In this document: piece by piece, positions 49,437 through 62,823 of the stretch
How the letters are laid out: every line of letters starts with the position of its first letter
Numbering within the stretch: position 1 is the stretch's first letter
From: Chrysemys picta bellii
Lineage: Eukaryota
Length of the DNA: 64,000 nucleotides
NCBI RefSeq assembly: GCF_011386835.1
Contig: NC_088810.1
Location: 22,816,001-22,880,000, forward strand
Direction: 5' to 3'
Made by a program: the position numbers and the translations under genes
The notes under the pieces: generated by a model
Databases searched by the model: none
What the model was told of the DNA's origin: nothing
Seen by the model: the letters and a program-made list of their open reading frames with translations, nothing else

Positions 49437-50601
49437 CAGTGGTCTCCAAAGTGGGGTGCGTGCGTGCACCCCAAGGGGTACGCAAGTCGATCCATTGGGG
49501 GGCATGGCAGGAGGAGCGCTGCTGGAGGGGGAAAAAAAGAAAAAGGGTGGCTGGAGGAGGGAGGGAGCAAGCAAGCGGGGAAGCTGCCCCTCCCGCCCCC
49601 CCCCCCCCCCGCAGGCAGGGCCACCTGGAACGCAGGGGCTTTAGGGGCCAAAGGGCCCTGGCCTGCAGCGCTAAAGCCCCTTTCGGAATGCGGCCCTGAG
49701 TCCTTCAGCTGGTGGCGGAGCAGGGGCAGCCGCGCAGCCAGCGGCCGGAAAGAAGCGGTGCTTTGAAGGGGAAAGCGCAGCTTCTCTCCGGCCGCTGGCT
49801 GTGCGGCTGCCCCTGCTCCTCCTGAGTCCTCCGGCCTGTGCTTGCAGGGCCGCTCTCTGAAAGGGGCTTTAGAGCTGCAGGCCAGGGGCCCCCGGGTCCC
49901 CTTAGCCCAGGGCCCTGCAGCCCCTAAAGCCCCTGCGTTCCGGGTGGCCCTGCCTGCGGGGGGGGAGCTCCCAGAATCGTGGCCATGGGAGCAGTGCTGC
50001 GCAGCGTAGGGCCCCTTGCACACCCCCTGCACCAACCAGGAGCTGCCCCAGGTAAGTGCTCTGCACCTCCTGCCTGCCCCAGCCTTGAGCCTCCTCCCGC
50101 ACCCGCACCCTGAGCGCCCTCCCACACCCTAACTCCCTCCCAGACCCCACACCCCACCCTGAGCACCCTCCCGCACCCTAACTCCCTCCCAGACCCCGCA
50201 CCCCACCCTGAGCGCCCTCCCGCACCCTAACCCTAATCCAGACCTTTGAATCGCTGTATCACAAAGTGTTAAACCAAGATTTTCAGAAATAATGAAGCAT
50301 ATTCAATTACATTGCTCTCACTAAAAATATTATTATAATAATATTTTTTGTGAGAGCAAAAGGGTTTTTTGTACCATTAATGAATAAAATAAAAAAAAAT
50401 AAAAATATTGTTTATTTCATCTTTATCTCATCCCTTTTTAATTTCTATTTTTTGTGTATGTTTTATAATGTACATCATATATTAGTACAGTAGTACATGT
50501 ATATAATTTATACATAAATAAATATACATATATTGGGGGGTGCATGCTCAAAATTTTTTTACCGATAGGGGTGCGCGATCAAAGAAGTTTGGAGACCACT
50601 G
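49437..50601. mobile_element. hAT-type element, duplicated copy
   Basis: Same TIRs and TSD; the poly-C run is one base longer. Confidence 0.9.
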
Positions 50602-51603
50602 TATTAGTGCATATGTAACCTGTGTGCCTAATAGGGAGATATCTCTTTAAGAGTCTCATGGGCAGGGGGTAGGAATGAGTTGTGTCTGGGTCATTGTTTC
50701 TAGGGCATATTTAGCCCTCCAATTCCAGAAGCTTATGGATTTTGGGTGTGGTCCAATAGATTCCCTGTTGCTGGGGGTGAGCAGTCATGAGGGTGCGCAT
50801 TCATTGCAGCTGCATAACGAAGGCCCCTGTGCCTTGTGTGAGTCGGGAGAAGTTGAGCCCGGGAGCAGGAAGCCGGCTGGTGTCCCGAACTCGGAAGCGT
50901 TTTGCAGCAGGTTAGTGGTATTGTTATCCTCTGACAGGGAAGCGTGGGCAATGCTAATTATAGCAAGGGGAAATGGGGAGGGAAAAATAATTTTTTCCAT
51001 GTTAACTGTATACTTTGAATGTTGTTTTGATTTTAGCCAAACTGCTTTGGTTAAATTGTTTCAACTGGTGCTTTGGAAGAGAGAATGGAGGAGAAAGGAA
51101 AACCAGAAGGCCGATAATATGATGCAGTATGATTTTTAATAGGACTGAGCAGCAGAGTTTACACGGACAGAATGAATTAATGCAGAGTAACAGAGAATGC
51201 ATTTGCAGGGTTACAATCAGAGCTCCAACCAGTCACCAGCTCCAAAGTGGTGCATTTCACACAACGTGTTCTGCTCTCTTCCTTGCACCTGCAGAGCTTG
51301 AAAATCATGTCACATTTTCCACCAGTTTTAGTCTCTTGTTGTAGACGGCTCGGCATCAAAAAGGACAAAGCACAATAGCAGGATAAGATTAAATTTCAAA
51401 ACCAGACAGACCATAGAGCTCAGGTAATATGTAACAAAAGGAAAGCATAGATAAGCCTGATTTATACAAATGACGAACACCTACAACGCCCCCTGATTTT
51501 GAGTGGAGATACAGATGCTCATTTTCCATTGCCTATGTGGAGAATCTCTGCCTTGTCTTTCATTTCATGCTTCTTTCTTGTACCGTAGATCTTTCGTCTG
51601 GGT

Positions 51604-52062
51604 TTACCATGGACAACATTCCCAGCGGTTAGCATAGCAGTTCCTACCATATCTCCCCCCATACCCGTATGAGCCCCTGTATCCACCCCCGAATCCACCC
51701 CCAAATCCACCCCCAAATCCAGCCCCAAATCCACCCCCCAATCCACCGCGTGCTCCAACCCCAAATCCACCACCATATCCACTCCAACTACCACCCCCAA
51801 GACCAGCACCTGCACGACCTCCAAGACCACCCCAAGGTGTATAGGGAAAATTTGGTAAGGAGGTTCCCACGAAGCTGTCTTGAGGGCAAGTAGCGAGAGT
51901 TGGACCCGGGAATCTCACGACAACTGGGGGTGCAAAGACCACTGCGCTCGAGTCGCCACAGGTTCTGACACAAGGCTCATTGCAGACATAAGCACATGGA
52001 TCTGGGCAAATGTCAGGACAATATGGGCCGGGTTGGCAACACAGATCTTTCACGGGAGACAT
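51604..52062 (-). CDS. Corneous beta-protein g8, same protein as g6
   Basis: Translation identical to g6 at offset +12,739. Confidence 0.9.
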   Translation of the reverse strand: MSPVKDLCCQPGPYCPDICPDPCAYVCNEPCVRTCGDSSAVVFAPPVVVRFPGPTLATCPQDSFVGTSLPNFPYTPWGGLGGRAGAGLGGGSWSGYGGGFGVGARGGLGGGFGAGFGGGFGGGFGGGYRGSYGYGGRYGRNCYANRWECCPW

Positions 52063-52813
52063 CTTTGGTGATTGTCGTAAACCTGAAACACACAGTAGGG
52101 AGCAGAGTGAACATAACACACAATTCGCAGTGGCATACGAGACTCACAGCTCGTGTCATGCAGTAATAGATGCTAGATAATTCCATTTCTTACTGGCTCT
52201 GTATCTGCTCCTATTTCTTCCTTCTAGTCCTATTCACCCATTACCCTTAGTCTTCTTTCTAACCATCCCCCTTCTTACATCCTGGCTTCCTACTTTCCCA
52301 TGCCCAGCAACTTCCCTATTTCTTTGGGTCCCATGCAGGAAATCTTCTCCATCTGCTAAGCCTTGATTGGCCACTTCTCCTTGAGATCAGCGCTGCTTGG
52401 AGCTTGCACCAATCCCACCCCATTGTTTCATCTGTCTAGTTCTCCTGATCTCTGTTTCTGGAGGCCACTCCCATCCACTCCTTAACCCTTGTTTCTAAAT
52501 ATTCTGAGTCCACTCATAGTAATTTACCTTTTCACAGAGTCATGCAACCATTAAGCTGCACAACCCCCCCATGAAAAGAGTCGTTATTATCCCTGTGGCA
52601 AGTTACAGAGACTCAGTGGAAGTGAGCTGCCCACCACTGCTATTTTGAAGAACGCATCCACCAAAGTCTACAACTGACGAGCTACAGAAAATCTCTTTGC
52701 AAAGCAAGACGCCCACTATTCCAACAGCTCTAAAATCAGAGTATTGGTGGAGGATTAGGTCCATAGTTAAAACTATCATTAAAGCAGGAATAAGAGCAAT
52801 TTGAGTCCAGTCA

Positions 52814-52945
52814 ACTTACCCAGTGCACCAAGGGGATGAAGTCAAGAGAAGTGGATAGAACAACCTGCAGTTCTGAGCCCTTTTATATCCTTTCTTAGCC
52901 AATGGGAAGCACAAGAAACATGCTTAGTGCACTGAGACCTTATCA
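52814..52945 (-). promoter_or_regulatory. g8 core promoter, exon 1 and donor
   Basis: Copy of the g6 promoter at +12,739. Confidence 0.8.
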
Positions 52946-55900
52946 TTAACCAAACAAAATGTTTTCTTGCCTGGGGAACTCCTGTAATTATTATAATGGT
53001 TTTGATCACGGTTAATGATAAATAGTCAATTCCCGGTCCCACAGAGGATGACCTGCATGCTGCAATGTGCAGTATCCTTTCATCTACAAGCTATTTTCCT
53101 GCTATCATCCTCCTGACTTCCTGGGTGTCAACAGGACACTAAATCTAGTTCAATTTCTATTATTCTACTTTGATTAACTTCAGAGTATGAGGGTTACTCA
53201 GAGGCGTATCAACGGTATAATCTGCTGCCCTGCACAGGATTCTATGTTCTTTATATATTCAGACTAGTATCTAATTAGCAGCAACGTGGAGTTTACCCTT
53301 GGAATATAGAAGAAAATGCCATATTTTCTTCTTCTTCCTCAATATTTTTTCATTACTCCCCTACAGTAGAGAATAAATTTCTCTCTCTGTCGCTCTCTCT
53401 AATTATACTTTAATACTTATTTGTGAAAGTCAACCACCAGGGTTAGGTGCAATAAGAAGGGTCAGAACCTCAGCTAGTGTAGATATGTTGAGACACATGA
53501 GAAGGCTGAAGTGGTGGCTACACATACATATGTTAAAAAGGTACCAAGTAATGCTGTCTAATATCTTTAGAATAAGAGTTTTTAATCTTTACTAAGGAAT
53601 ACAAATGCCCCATTTCTTGTGTAACGTTAACCAGAACTAGGGCTCTCCACACACTATGTGGCTTTGAACTTAGCTGCCTTATATTTTTCAGGGCAAAATC
53701 CACAAATGCCTGAACCTTACTAAGTACAAAAACACTTTTATGGGGAAAAATCCCTTAACAACACAAAGAATCACAAGTTTTTTAGAAACATAGAACTACA
53801 GGGTTAGAAGGCACCACAAGGATCATCTTGTCTAACCCCCTGCAAAGATGCAGGATTTGTTGTGTCTAATCCATCTAAGGCCTTGGCTACACTTACCCGC
53901 TAGTTCGGCGGCTGGCAATCGAACTTCTGGGTTCGACTTATCGCGTCTAGTCTGGACGCGATAAGTCGAACCCGGAAGTGCTCGCCGTCGACTGCGGTAC
54001 TCCAGCTCAGCGAGAGGAGTACCGCGGAGTCGACGGGGGAGCCTGCCTGCCGAGTGTGGACCAAGGTAAGTTCGAACTAAGGTACTTCGAACTTCAGCTA
54101 CGTTATTCACGTAGCTGAAGTTGCGTACCTTAGTTCGAATTAGGGGGGTAGTGTAGACCTGGCCTAAGACAGACGTCTATCCAGCCTCTGTTTGCAGACC
54201 TCCAATGAAGGAGCTTCAACGACCTCCTTAGGCAGCCTGTTCCGTTGGCCTACTGTTCTTACAGTTAGGAAGCTTTTCCTGAGATTTAACCTAAATCTGT
54301 TCTGCTGTCGTTTGAACACACTGCTTCTTGTCCTGCCTTGTGTGGCAAGAGTGAAGAACTTTCCTCCATCTTTTTTATGGCAGCCTTTCCAATATTTGCA
54401 GACCACTATCATGTCCCGCCTTAATGTGCAAGTTTCAGTCAGAAGTTAAACTATCAATGAAGCAACGTTGCAATAGTTATAAAGTGATAATAATAAATAA
54501 GATCTAATGGTTTCACAGAAGTGAATAAGTCAAGAGAAGTGGTTAGAAGAGCCCTGAGTTGGGAACATAGTTCTATATTGTTTTAGGGCACCACTAGGAT
54601 CTGGGACACACTTGGTGCACAAAGTCCTTGTTAATTATGAAACAAAATATTCTGCACAGGGAACCACTCCCATTACTGGCAATTATTGTGATCACTACCA
54701 CACTCACACCCTGAAGATTGCTTTAATCTGAAATCATTATGCACCATGTTCATGCCCAGTATCATTCCATTTAATTCCCTAGTGTCAAAAAGGATATGCA
54801 TCTAGCTTGTTTTCTTTTGTTCTGTTGTTAATAACTACACCCAATGAGAGTGTCTCAAAGAGCTGTATCAGTACCGAAAGTTGCTGTCACGAACAGGATT
54901 CCAAGTTAGTCTATTAAAGCCAGTCTAGTAGCTGGAATTTGGAATTTACTCTGGGATTTCATTAAGGACGTGGGGTGACTTCCTTCTGGATGCGTCACAT
55001 GCCCACCCACCTCTATGTAGTATGGGCTCTGATGCCATGCCCACTGAAATCCAAGGGCATCTTTCCAATGAGTTGAGTTACCTTCGAATATGGTCCTGTG
55101 GGTGGCAATCCCCTCCACGAGAAAGGGCCAGCGAAAGGACGATGCATGATTTAGATCCCTCTTAAACATTCAAAGTAGGGCTAGAGAGGATTGAAGTGGA
55201 GGATAGATCTCTGGGTTGGCCTGCTGCTCTGGGGATAATTTCATTTGCCCATGTTTAGGAACTCAGCTGTGAAGGCTCCTCCCGTCATGGGAGTCTTGAA
55301 TCCACGCTAATGACTTTGTTCATTATACCAACTGAAAATTTGGCCTTATATCTCATGTAATCAAGTTCCTTGCAACACCAGCTGTAGCCCTGATGTGACT
55401 TCTGTCCTTCTTAGTAGAAAAAACATCCTCAGTTCCATACGCATGACTGACGCTAGCTGAAAGCTCTCATGTCCTTGAGTTTAAAGTGTGAGGAAATGAA
55501 AGCTAAGAATTTCAAAAGTGACTGGTGATTCTTGGTGGCTGCTTGAAATGCCTTCAAGAGGACTGGGCACCAGAAAGTAGGAACTGAGCATTTTTGAAAA
55601 CCGGGGTTCTACAATTTATCTGAATTTGGCCCCAAAATCATTAGTCACCTTTGGAAATCTTGACCTTTTGTTTAGCCACAGATGTCTTGGTGATCTGTAG
55701 TAAATCAAAAACCTCCCTTCCCTTTCATCTCCCCATAAGAGAAAAGGACGATGGTGATCAATTCCGTTTTCTGGGGGGTGAACAATGTACTTCCCTATCT
55801 GAGAATGTTTCATAGTTCCCACAAACACAGCATCTAAACCTTTCCTAGGTGAATGTCTCTGTAACAGGTGATACTGAGTATTATTGCATGCAGGAGATAG

Positions 55901-57239
55901 GATCACTCAGTGTTTGCTTTGTTCCTATGTGCTTGGATATCCATAGAGAGTTCTCTAGTAAGCTTCACAGAGTCTTTTGTTCTTTCTACCTCCCTGGTTA
56001 TAGAAAGTGCTTCTTAATATGTAGACAGCAGTTTAAAAACCATTCTGGCAATAGTGTGGTAGTTTTCTAAACAAGAAGGGCCTTGCATCCTGTGCTAAAA
56101 GTAGATCATACTCTGGATTAGTCTTATTTCCTCTGGAAGGTCAGTCCTCAGCAATCCTCCCCATGATTGAGTGGGCATTATTTCCATCTCTCACATGATT
56201 TTCCTCAGCTTTATCAGAGGCACTGTCCCAGAAGAACACCACTGTCTTGTTAGGTCATAGATGGAGACAGGCCCGCTGACAGGGGAGGGTAAAGGGGACA
56301 ACTGCCCAGGAGTCCGGGCAAGTTAAAAGGAATTTGTCACTTCAGCCCCCACCCCACCCCCCCGGGGCCGCCCTGGGGCCTGGAATTTCTGTCGGTGGTC
56401 CTGGATGGAGATGCAGTTCCAAGATTTTAATCCCAAGCCTTTATACAACACTGCACTCTTTCCTTTCACCTACTGCCCCGTTTTGATGCAATTCAGGAAG
56501 AAGCCTGCAGTAGGTGAACCTTGGGGATCCTTTTCTGATCATCACCTGAATCCCTGACCCTAAAACACTTGTCACTTGACTGGACATCTCTTCAGACTGT
56601 AATGCCTAATACCACTAGGCTGGAAATCAGTGGAGAACACAGGTAACATGCACCATTTCAATGATACTTCAGTTCTACTTTGAAGGCTTAAGAGGGATTA
56701 ATTTAAGAATAGGGGCATGGTCTGGCCCTGTTTCCAGGAGAGTATTGTAACCCAAAAGGGTTTGAAGGCCATTGAACTCACTGAAAAGACATCCATGGAT
56801 TTCAAAAACATATTGGCTCAAACACATAGTGACGAGTTACAAGTGGGAACTCAAAGCATGCGAAATACATTCTCCCATTCACCAAGGAGTTCCAAGGGTA
56901 AACCCGACCTTGCTGCTAATTAGATACTAGTATGAATATATAAAGAACTAACATAGAATCCTGTGCATGGCAGCAGATTGTACCATTGATACACCTCTGA
57001 GTCACCCTCATACTCTGAAGTTAATCAAAGCAGAACGATAGAAATTGAACTAGATTTAGTGTCCTGTTGACACCCAGAAGTCAGGAGAATGATACCAGGA
57101 AAATAGCTCGTAGATGAAAGGATACCGCACATTGCAGCATGTGGTACCGGGAATTGACTATTTATCATTAACCGTGATCAAAACCATTATAATAATTACA
57201 GGAGTTCCCCAGGCAAGAAACCAATCATTGTTTGGTTAA

Positions 57240-57370
57240 TGATAAGGTCTCAGTGCACTAAGCATGTTTCTTTTCCTTCCCATTGGCTAAGAAAGGATAT
57301 AAAAGTGCTCAGAACTGCAGGTTGTTCTATCACTTCTCTTGACTTCATCCCCTTGGTGCACTGGGTAAGT
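57240..57370 (+). promoter_or_regulatory. g9 core promoter, exon 1 and donor
   Basis: Copy of the g7 promoter at +12,739. Confidence 0.8.
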
Positions 57371-59125
57371 TGACTCGACTCAAATTGCTCTTATTCCTGC
57401 TTTAATGATAGTTTTAACTATGGACCTAATCCTACACCAATACTCTGATTTTAGAGCTGTTGGAATAGTGGGCGTCTTGCTTTGCAAAGAGATTTTCTGT
57501 AGCGCATCAGTTGTAGACTTTGGTGGATGCTTTCTTCAAAATAGCAGGTTGGGATGTTCAAAGCTATATATGGAATGCAGAACTCCATCTTCCCAATCAT
57601 TATCATTGGGTTTTGGACCTAGCAATGACTTAGAAAATTATTACAAACCTCAATCACAGTCTACTTTGATCCAAGACTGTGCTTCTCTGACATATAAAGA
57701 AACATTGCCAGATCCTCAGTTGACTTCATCGCAGTCACAAAGGTTTACCTGGACTGATGATCTGATCCTGCTGTTTCCATAAAACCATGGAGATCAGCAT
57801 TCATATCTAACTATCGAACAGCAATTCTTCTGTTCTGTTCTTTTTAACAGAGAGAGCTATAGCTATAGATGAATCCCAGAGTATGGAAGATACATATATG
57901 TGTTCTCCTCCAGGGCAAAGCTAGCCACTACTTTAGGTGTCTTAGTAACTTATTATAGGCAGTTGACTCCATAATGAACAATTTCAGGCTTCTTGTACGT
58001 TAATCTGCAGCATGCGATGCTGCATAGAGTTAGAGACAGAATACACGGATCTTACTCAATACAGCAATACTTAATTGCTTATTCGTATAATTTTCAATTT
58101 GAGATCCAGATATTGAGCTGGTGTGATTAAAAGTAGCACATAGGTAAGTATGATGATTTAGATCCGTTGAAAGATCTAGTCCCTAGGCTGAACTGGTTTA
58201 AGAAGGACTTTTGGATTATTAACTCTTTCTTTGCCCTACACTGTACCATTATTATTTAAATGGTTTGAAAATTGCAGGCATCCATGATGGAACTATTCTA
58301 TCTTATCGGTTTAGTAATAAGACTCAGTGTTTATTTACCCCTCCCTCCTGAGTTGTTGGGAAATGAAGGTCTTGTGGACAAGGCACAGGTAGGGCCTCAG
58401 AAAATCTGCTTCAGGTCCTCTTCTCTGCCATAGATTTCCTTGGGCAAAGCCGATGGGACCAGATTCTCAAAAGGGCTCAGCTGCATTGGAAACTGAGCCT
58501 TTAATCTCCTGAAACCAAATCCACAGAGAGACTTAGGCATCTAAATTTCTATTTAGTCAGCGAAGGGCAACAATTAGGTGACGCTGAGATTCAAAGTCTC
58601 ATTGTCAGCCAGACAACAGAAAATCTTTGCTGCCACATCTTACAATCTTGTCAATTTATTCCCTCAAAGCAACGCTGATCTCAAGGAGAAGGGTTAGGGG
58701 GTAGATGGGAGTGGCCTCCAGAAACAGAGATCAGGAGAACTAGACAGATGAAACAATGGGGTGGGATTGGTGCAAGCTCCAAGCAGCGCTGATTTCAAGG
58801 AGAAGTGGCCAATCCAGGCTTAGCAGATGGAGAAGATTTCCAGCATGGGACCCAAAGAAATAGGGAAGTTGCTTGGCATGGGAAAGTAAGAAGCCAAGAT
58901 GTAAGAAGAGTTCAGAGGGGATGGTTAGAAAGAAGACTAAGGGTAAATGGGTGAATAGGACTAGAAGGAAGAAATAGGAGCAGATACAGAGCCTGTAAGA
59001 AATGGAATTATCTAGCATCTATTACTGCATGACACGAGCTGTGAGTCTCGTATGCCACTGCCAATTGTGTGTTGTGTTCACTCTGCTCCCTACTGTGTGT
59101 TTCAGGTTTACGACAATCACCAAAG

Positions 59126-59569
59126 ATGTCTCCCGTGAAAGATCTGTGTTGCCAAACCGGCCCATATTGTCCTGACATTTGCCCAGATCCATGTGCTTAT
59201 GTCTGCAATGAGCCTTGTGTCACATCGTGTGGCGACTCGAGTGCAGTGGTCTATGCACCCCCGGTTGTCGTTAGATTTCCGGGACCAACTCTTGCTACTT
59301 GCCCTCAAGACAGCTTCGTGGGAACCTCCTTACCAAATTTTCCCTATACACCTTGGGGTGGTCTTGGAGGTCGTGCAGGTGCTGGTCTTGGGGGTGGTAG
59401 TTGGAGTGGATATGGTGGTGGATTTGGGGTTGGAGCAGGCGGTGGATTGGGGGGTGGATTCGGGGGTGGATTTGGGGGTGGATTCGGGGCCGGTTATGGG
59501 GGCTCATACGGGAATTGGGGGAGATACGGTAGGCGCTGCTCGTATACCTCCTATAGATGTCCATGTTAA
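59126..59569 (+). CDS. Corneous beta-protein g9, same protein as g7
   Basis: Translation identical to g7 at offset +12,739. Confidence 0.9.
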   Translation: MSPVKDLCCQTGPYCPDICPDPCAYVCNEPCVTSCGDSSAVVYAPPVVVRFPGPTLATCPQDSFVGTSLPNFPYTPWGGLGGRAGAGLGGGSWSGYGGGFGVGAGGGLGGGFGGGFGGGFGAGYGGSYGNWGRYGRRCSYTSYRCPC

Positions 59570-62175
59570 ACCCAGAAGAAAAATCCACGGAATAAGAAAC
59601 AACCAGGAAATGAAAGACAAGATAGAGATTCCCCACACAGCCAATGGAGAATGAGCATCTGCAGCGCCACTCGAAATCAGAGGGGGTTGTGGGTGTTCGT
59701 CATTTGTATAAATCAGGTTTATCTATGCTTTCCTTTTGTTACATATTACCTGAGCTCTATGGTCTGTCTAGTTTTGAAATTTAATCTTATCCTGCTATTG
59801 TGCTTTGTCCTTTTTGATGCCAAGCCATCTACAACAAGAGACTAAAACTGGTGGAAAATGTGACATGATTTTCAAGCTCTGCAGGTACAAGGAAGAGAGC
59901 AGAACACGTTGTGTGAAATGCACCACTTTGGAGCTGGTGACTGGTTGGAGCTCTGATTGTAACCCTGCAAATACATTATCTGTTACTCTGCATTAATTCA
60001 TTCTGTCTCTGTAAACACTGCTGCTCAGTCCCATTAAAAAATTATACTGCATCATATTATCGGCCTTCTGGTTTTCCTTTCTCCTCCCGAAACAATTTAA
60101 CCAAAGCAGTTTGGCTAAAATCAAAACAACATTCAAAGTATACAATTAACTTGGAAGAAATTATTTTTCCCTCCCCGTTTCCCCTTGCTATAATTAGCAT
60201 TGCCCACGCTTCCCTGTCAGAGGATAACAATACCACTAACCTGCTGCAAAACGCTTCCGAGTTCGGGACACCAGCCGGCTTCCTGCTCCCGGGCTCAGCT
60301 TCTCCCGACTCACACAAGGCACAGGGGCCTTTGTTATGCAGCTGCAATGACTGCTCACCCTCATGTTGCCTGACCCCAGCAACAGGGAATCCAGTGGAGC
60401 AGACCCAAAACGACCACACCCAAAATCCAGAAGCTTCTGGTTGTGGAGGGGTAAATCTGCCTTGAAACAATGACCCAGACACAACTCATTCCTACCCTCT
60501 GGCCATGAGACTCTTAAAGAGATTTCTCCCTATTAGGTACATGGGTTACATATGCACTAATCAATCCTACTCAAACCCATAGGAAAGAAGAGAATCGGGT
60601 ACATTACTTGGTTAATAGCATTGTGCAGGGCCACTGCACAGGGGGGAATTACCCCCTTGTAACATGTCTCAGATAGAACGGAAATAGATAAATGACTTGC
60701 AACTAAAATAGATTTCCCTCCTCTAAATGTTAGACAAAATCTACTCCTGGGGGAATTCTGTGCTGATGGCAGCAAACTGAGAAGGGTTGCAAGCACTTTG
60801 AAGGAGAAGATTTGAATTCAAAATGACCTTGACAAATCGGAGACTTGGCCAGATGAAACTCAACAATGAAAAGTGAAAAGTCCAATAGTTAGGAAGCAAA
60901 TTGTCCTTCTGTAATCAGCACTGATGAGGCCTCTGATGGCGTATTGTGTCCAATTCTGGGCCACACACTTTATTAGGAAAGATGTGGACCAATTGGAGAA
61001 GTCCATCCACGCTTGTAATTTGAGTATTCTATGATTCTTGCTCCTGGGGTGAATTCTTCACCCCTGCCCCTACAGGGGTGCAGAATTCATACCATTTGCA
61101 GATTTCTTTGCCCCACTGTGGAAAAATGGGGGAGCAAAAAAATCCGTGTGGAACACACGCCCCTTCTCCTGAAGTCAGATCACCGGGGGGTGGGGGGAGA
61201 GGGGAGGAAGGCTGGGCGTAAGTGTGTGCATCCATGGACAGATGTTGGGGTGCAGGGCTGAACACGTGCCTACCTGCGAATGAAGGAGAGAGATTCACTC
61301 CATCGGTCTCACTCGCTGTTGCAACCCCTCCGGCTTGCAGGGCTATGGTTTGTGAGGCAGGTTCTGTCCCTGAGGCAGAGCAGAAATGTAACAACTAAGC
61401 AGGCAGGTTGCTAATGTTCCCATTGACAATTAATTGTTCCCTTTCTTAGTCAATTCCCCCAGAAGCCTAAAGCACATGGAACAGTTTTAAGGCCCCTTTA
61501 CATTGCCAGAGTGTTGTAAAGCAGCATTATTATAAATGACTGTGAGGGAAACCTAAGTGAGGAAGATCTATGTGCTTTCTCGCTTTTTTCCTGGGCCAGG
61601 GTGGCACAACGGGGTTAGACTCATTTTAAAAAATGCAAGACGATGATTAGCAAAACTGCATGAGTTTCCCCTGTGAAAGTCGGAGCAATTTAAAGAGACA
61701 TTCTACTTTACTTTTATTTTGGTGTCGGGTATTCTGTGATGTAATGTAAATGAAAATCCAGGATTATAACTGGAATGCCGCGTATTGGTTCCCAAGTATT
61801 TGTAACTTAACATTCATGCATTTAGGAAATGCTGAACAATTAATTGTGATTTTTTTTCTATATGGTAGTTTAAATAAATTACCAAAATAAGTGAAACTGG
61901 TGTGATTATACTGCATTATTTTGAAAAACAAAATAAGCACAATTTTGCAGAATTTTTAATTTTTTGGCGCAGAATTCCCCCAGGAGTAGATTTTGTATAA
62001 TATTTAGAGCAGGGAAATCTATTCTAGTTGCAAGTCATCTATCTATTTCCCTTCTATCTAAGTCGTGGTACAAGGGAGTAATTCCCCCCTGTGCAGAGGC
62101 TCTGCACAATGCTATTAACCAAGTAATGTACCCGATTCTCTTCTTTCCTTTGGGTTTGAGAGGGATTGATTAGTG

Positions 62176-62823
62176 CAGTGGTCTCCAAAGTGGGGTGCGT
62201 GCGTGCACACCCCCTGCACCAACCAGGAGCTGCCCCAGGTAAGTGCTCTGCACCTCCTGCCTGCCCCAGCCTTGAGCCTCCTCCCGCACCCGCACCCTGA
62301 GTGCCCTCCCACACCCTAACTCCCTCCCAGACCCCACGCCCTCCCGCACCCTAACACCCTCCCAGACCCCACACCCCACCCTGAGCGCCCTCCCGCACCC
62401 TAACTCCCTCCCAGACCCCGCACCCCACCCTGAGCGCCCTCCCGCACCCTAACCCTAATCCAGACCTTTGAATCGCTGTATCACAAAGTGTTAAACCAAG
62501 ATTTTCAGAAATAATGAAGCATATTCAATTACATTGCTCTCACTAAAAATATTATTATAATAATATTTTTTGTGAGAGCAAAAGGGTTTTTTGTACCATT
62601 AATAAATAAAATAAAAAAAAATAAAAATATTGTTTATTTCATCTTTATCTCATCCCTTTTTAATTTCTATTTTTTGTGTATGTTTTATAATGTACATCAT
62701 ATATTAGTACAGTAGTACATGTATATAATTTATACATAAATAAATATACATATATTGGGGGGTGCATGCTCAAAATTTTTTTACCGATAGGGGTGCGCGA
62801 TCAAAGAAGTTTGGAGACCACTG
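62176..62823. mobile_element. hAT-type element, third copy with a 552-bp internal deletion
   Basis: Same TIRs and TSD; junction TGCAC at 62204-62208. Confidence 0.9.

Larger units (their letters stand above)
36600..62204 (+). repeat. Near-identical tandem segmental duplication, period 12,739 bp
   Basis: ORF-track entries recur at exactly +12,739. Differences seen: a/g at 42152 vs 54891, and a one-base poly-C length change. Confidence 0.95.
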
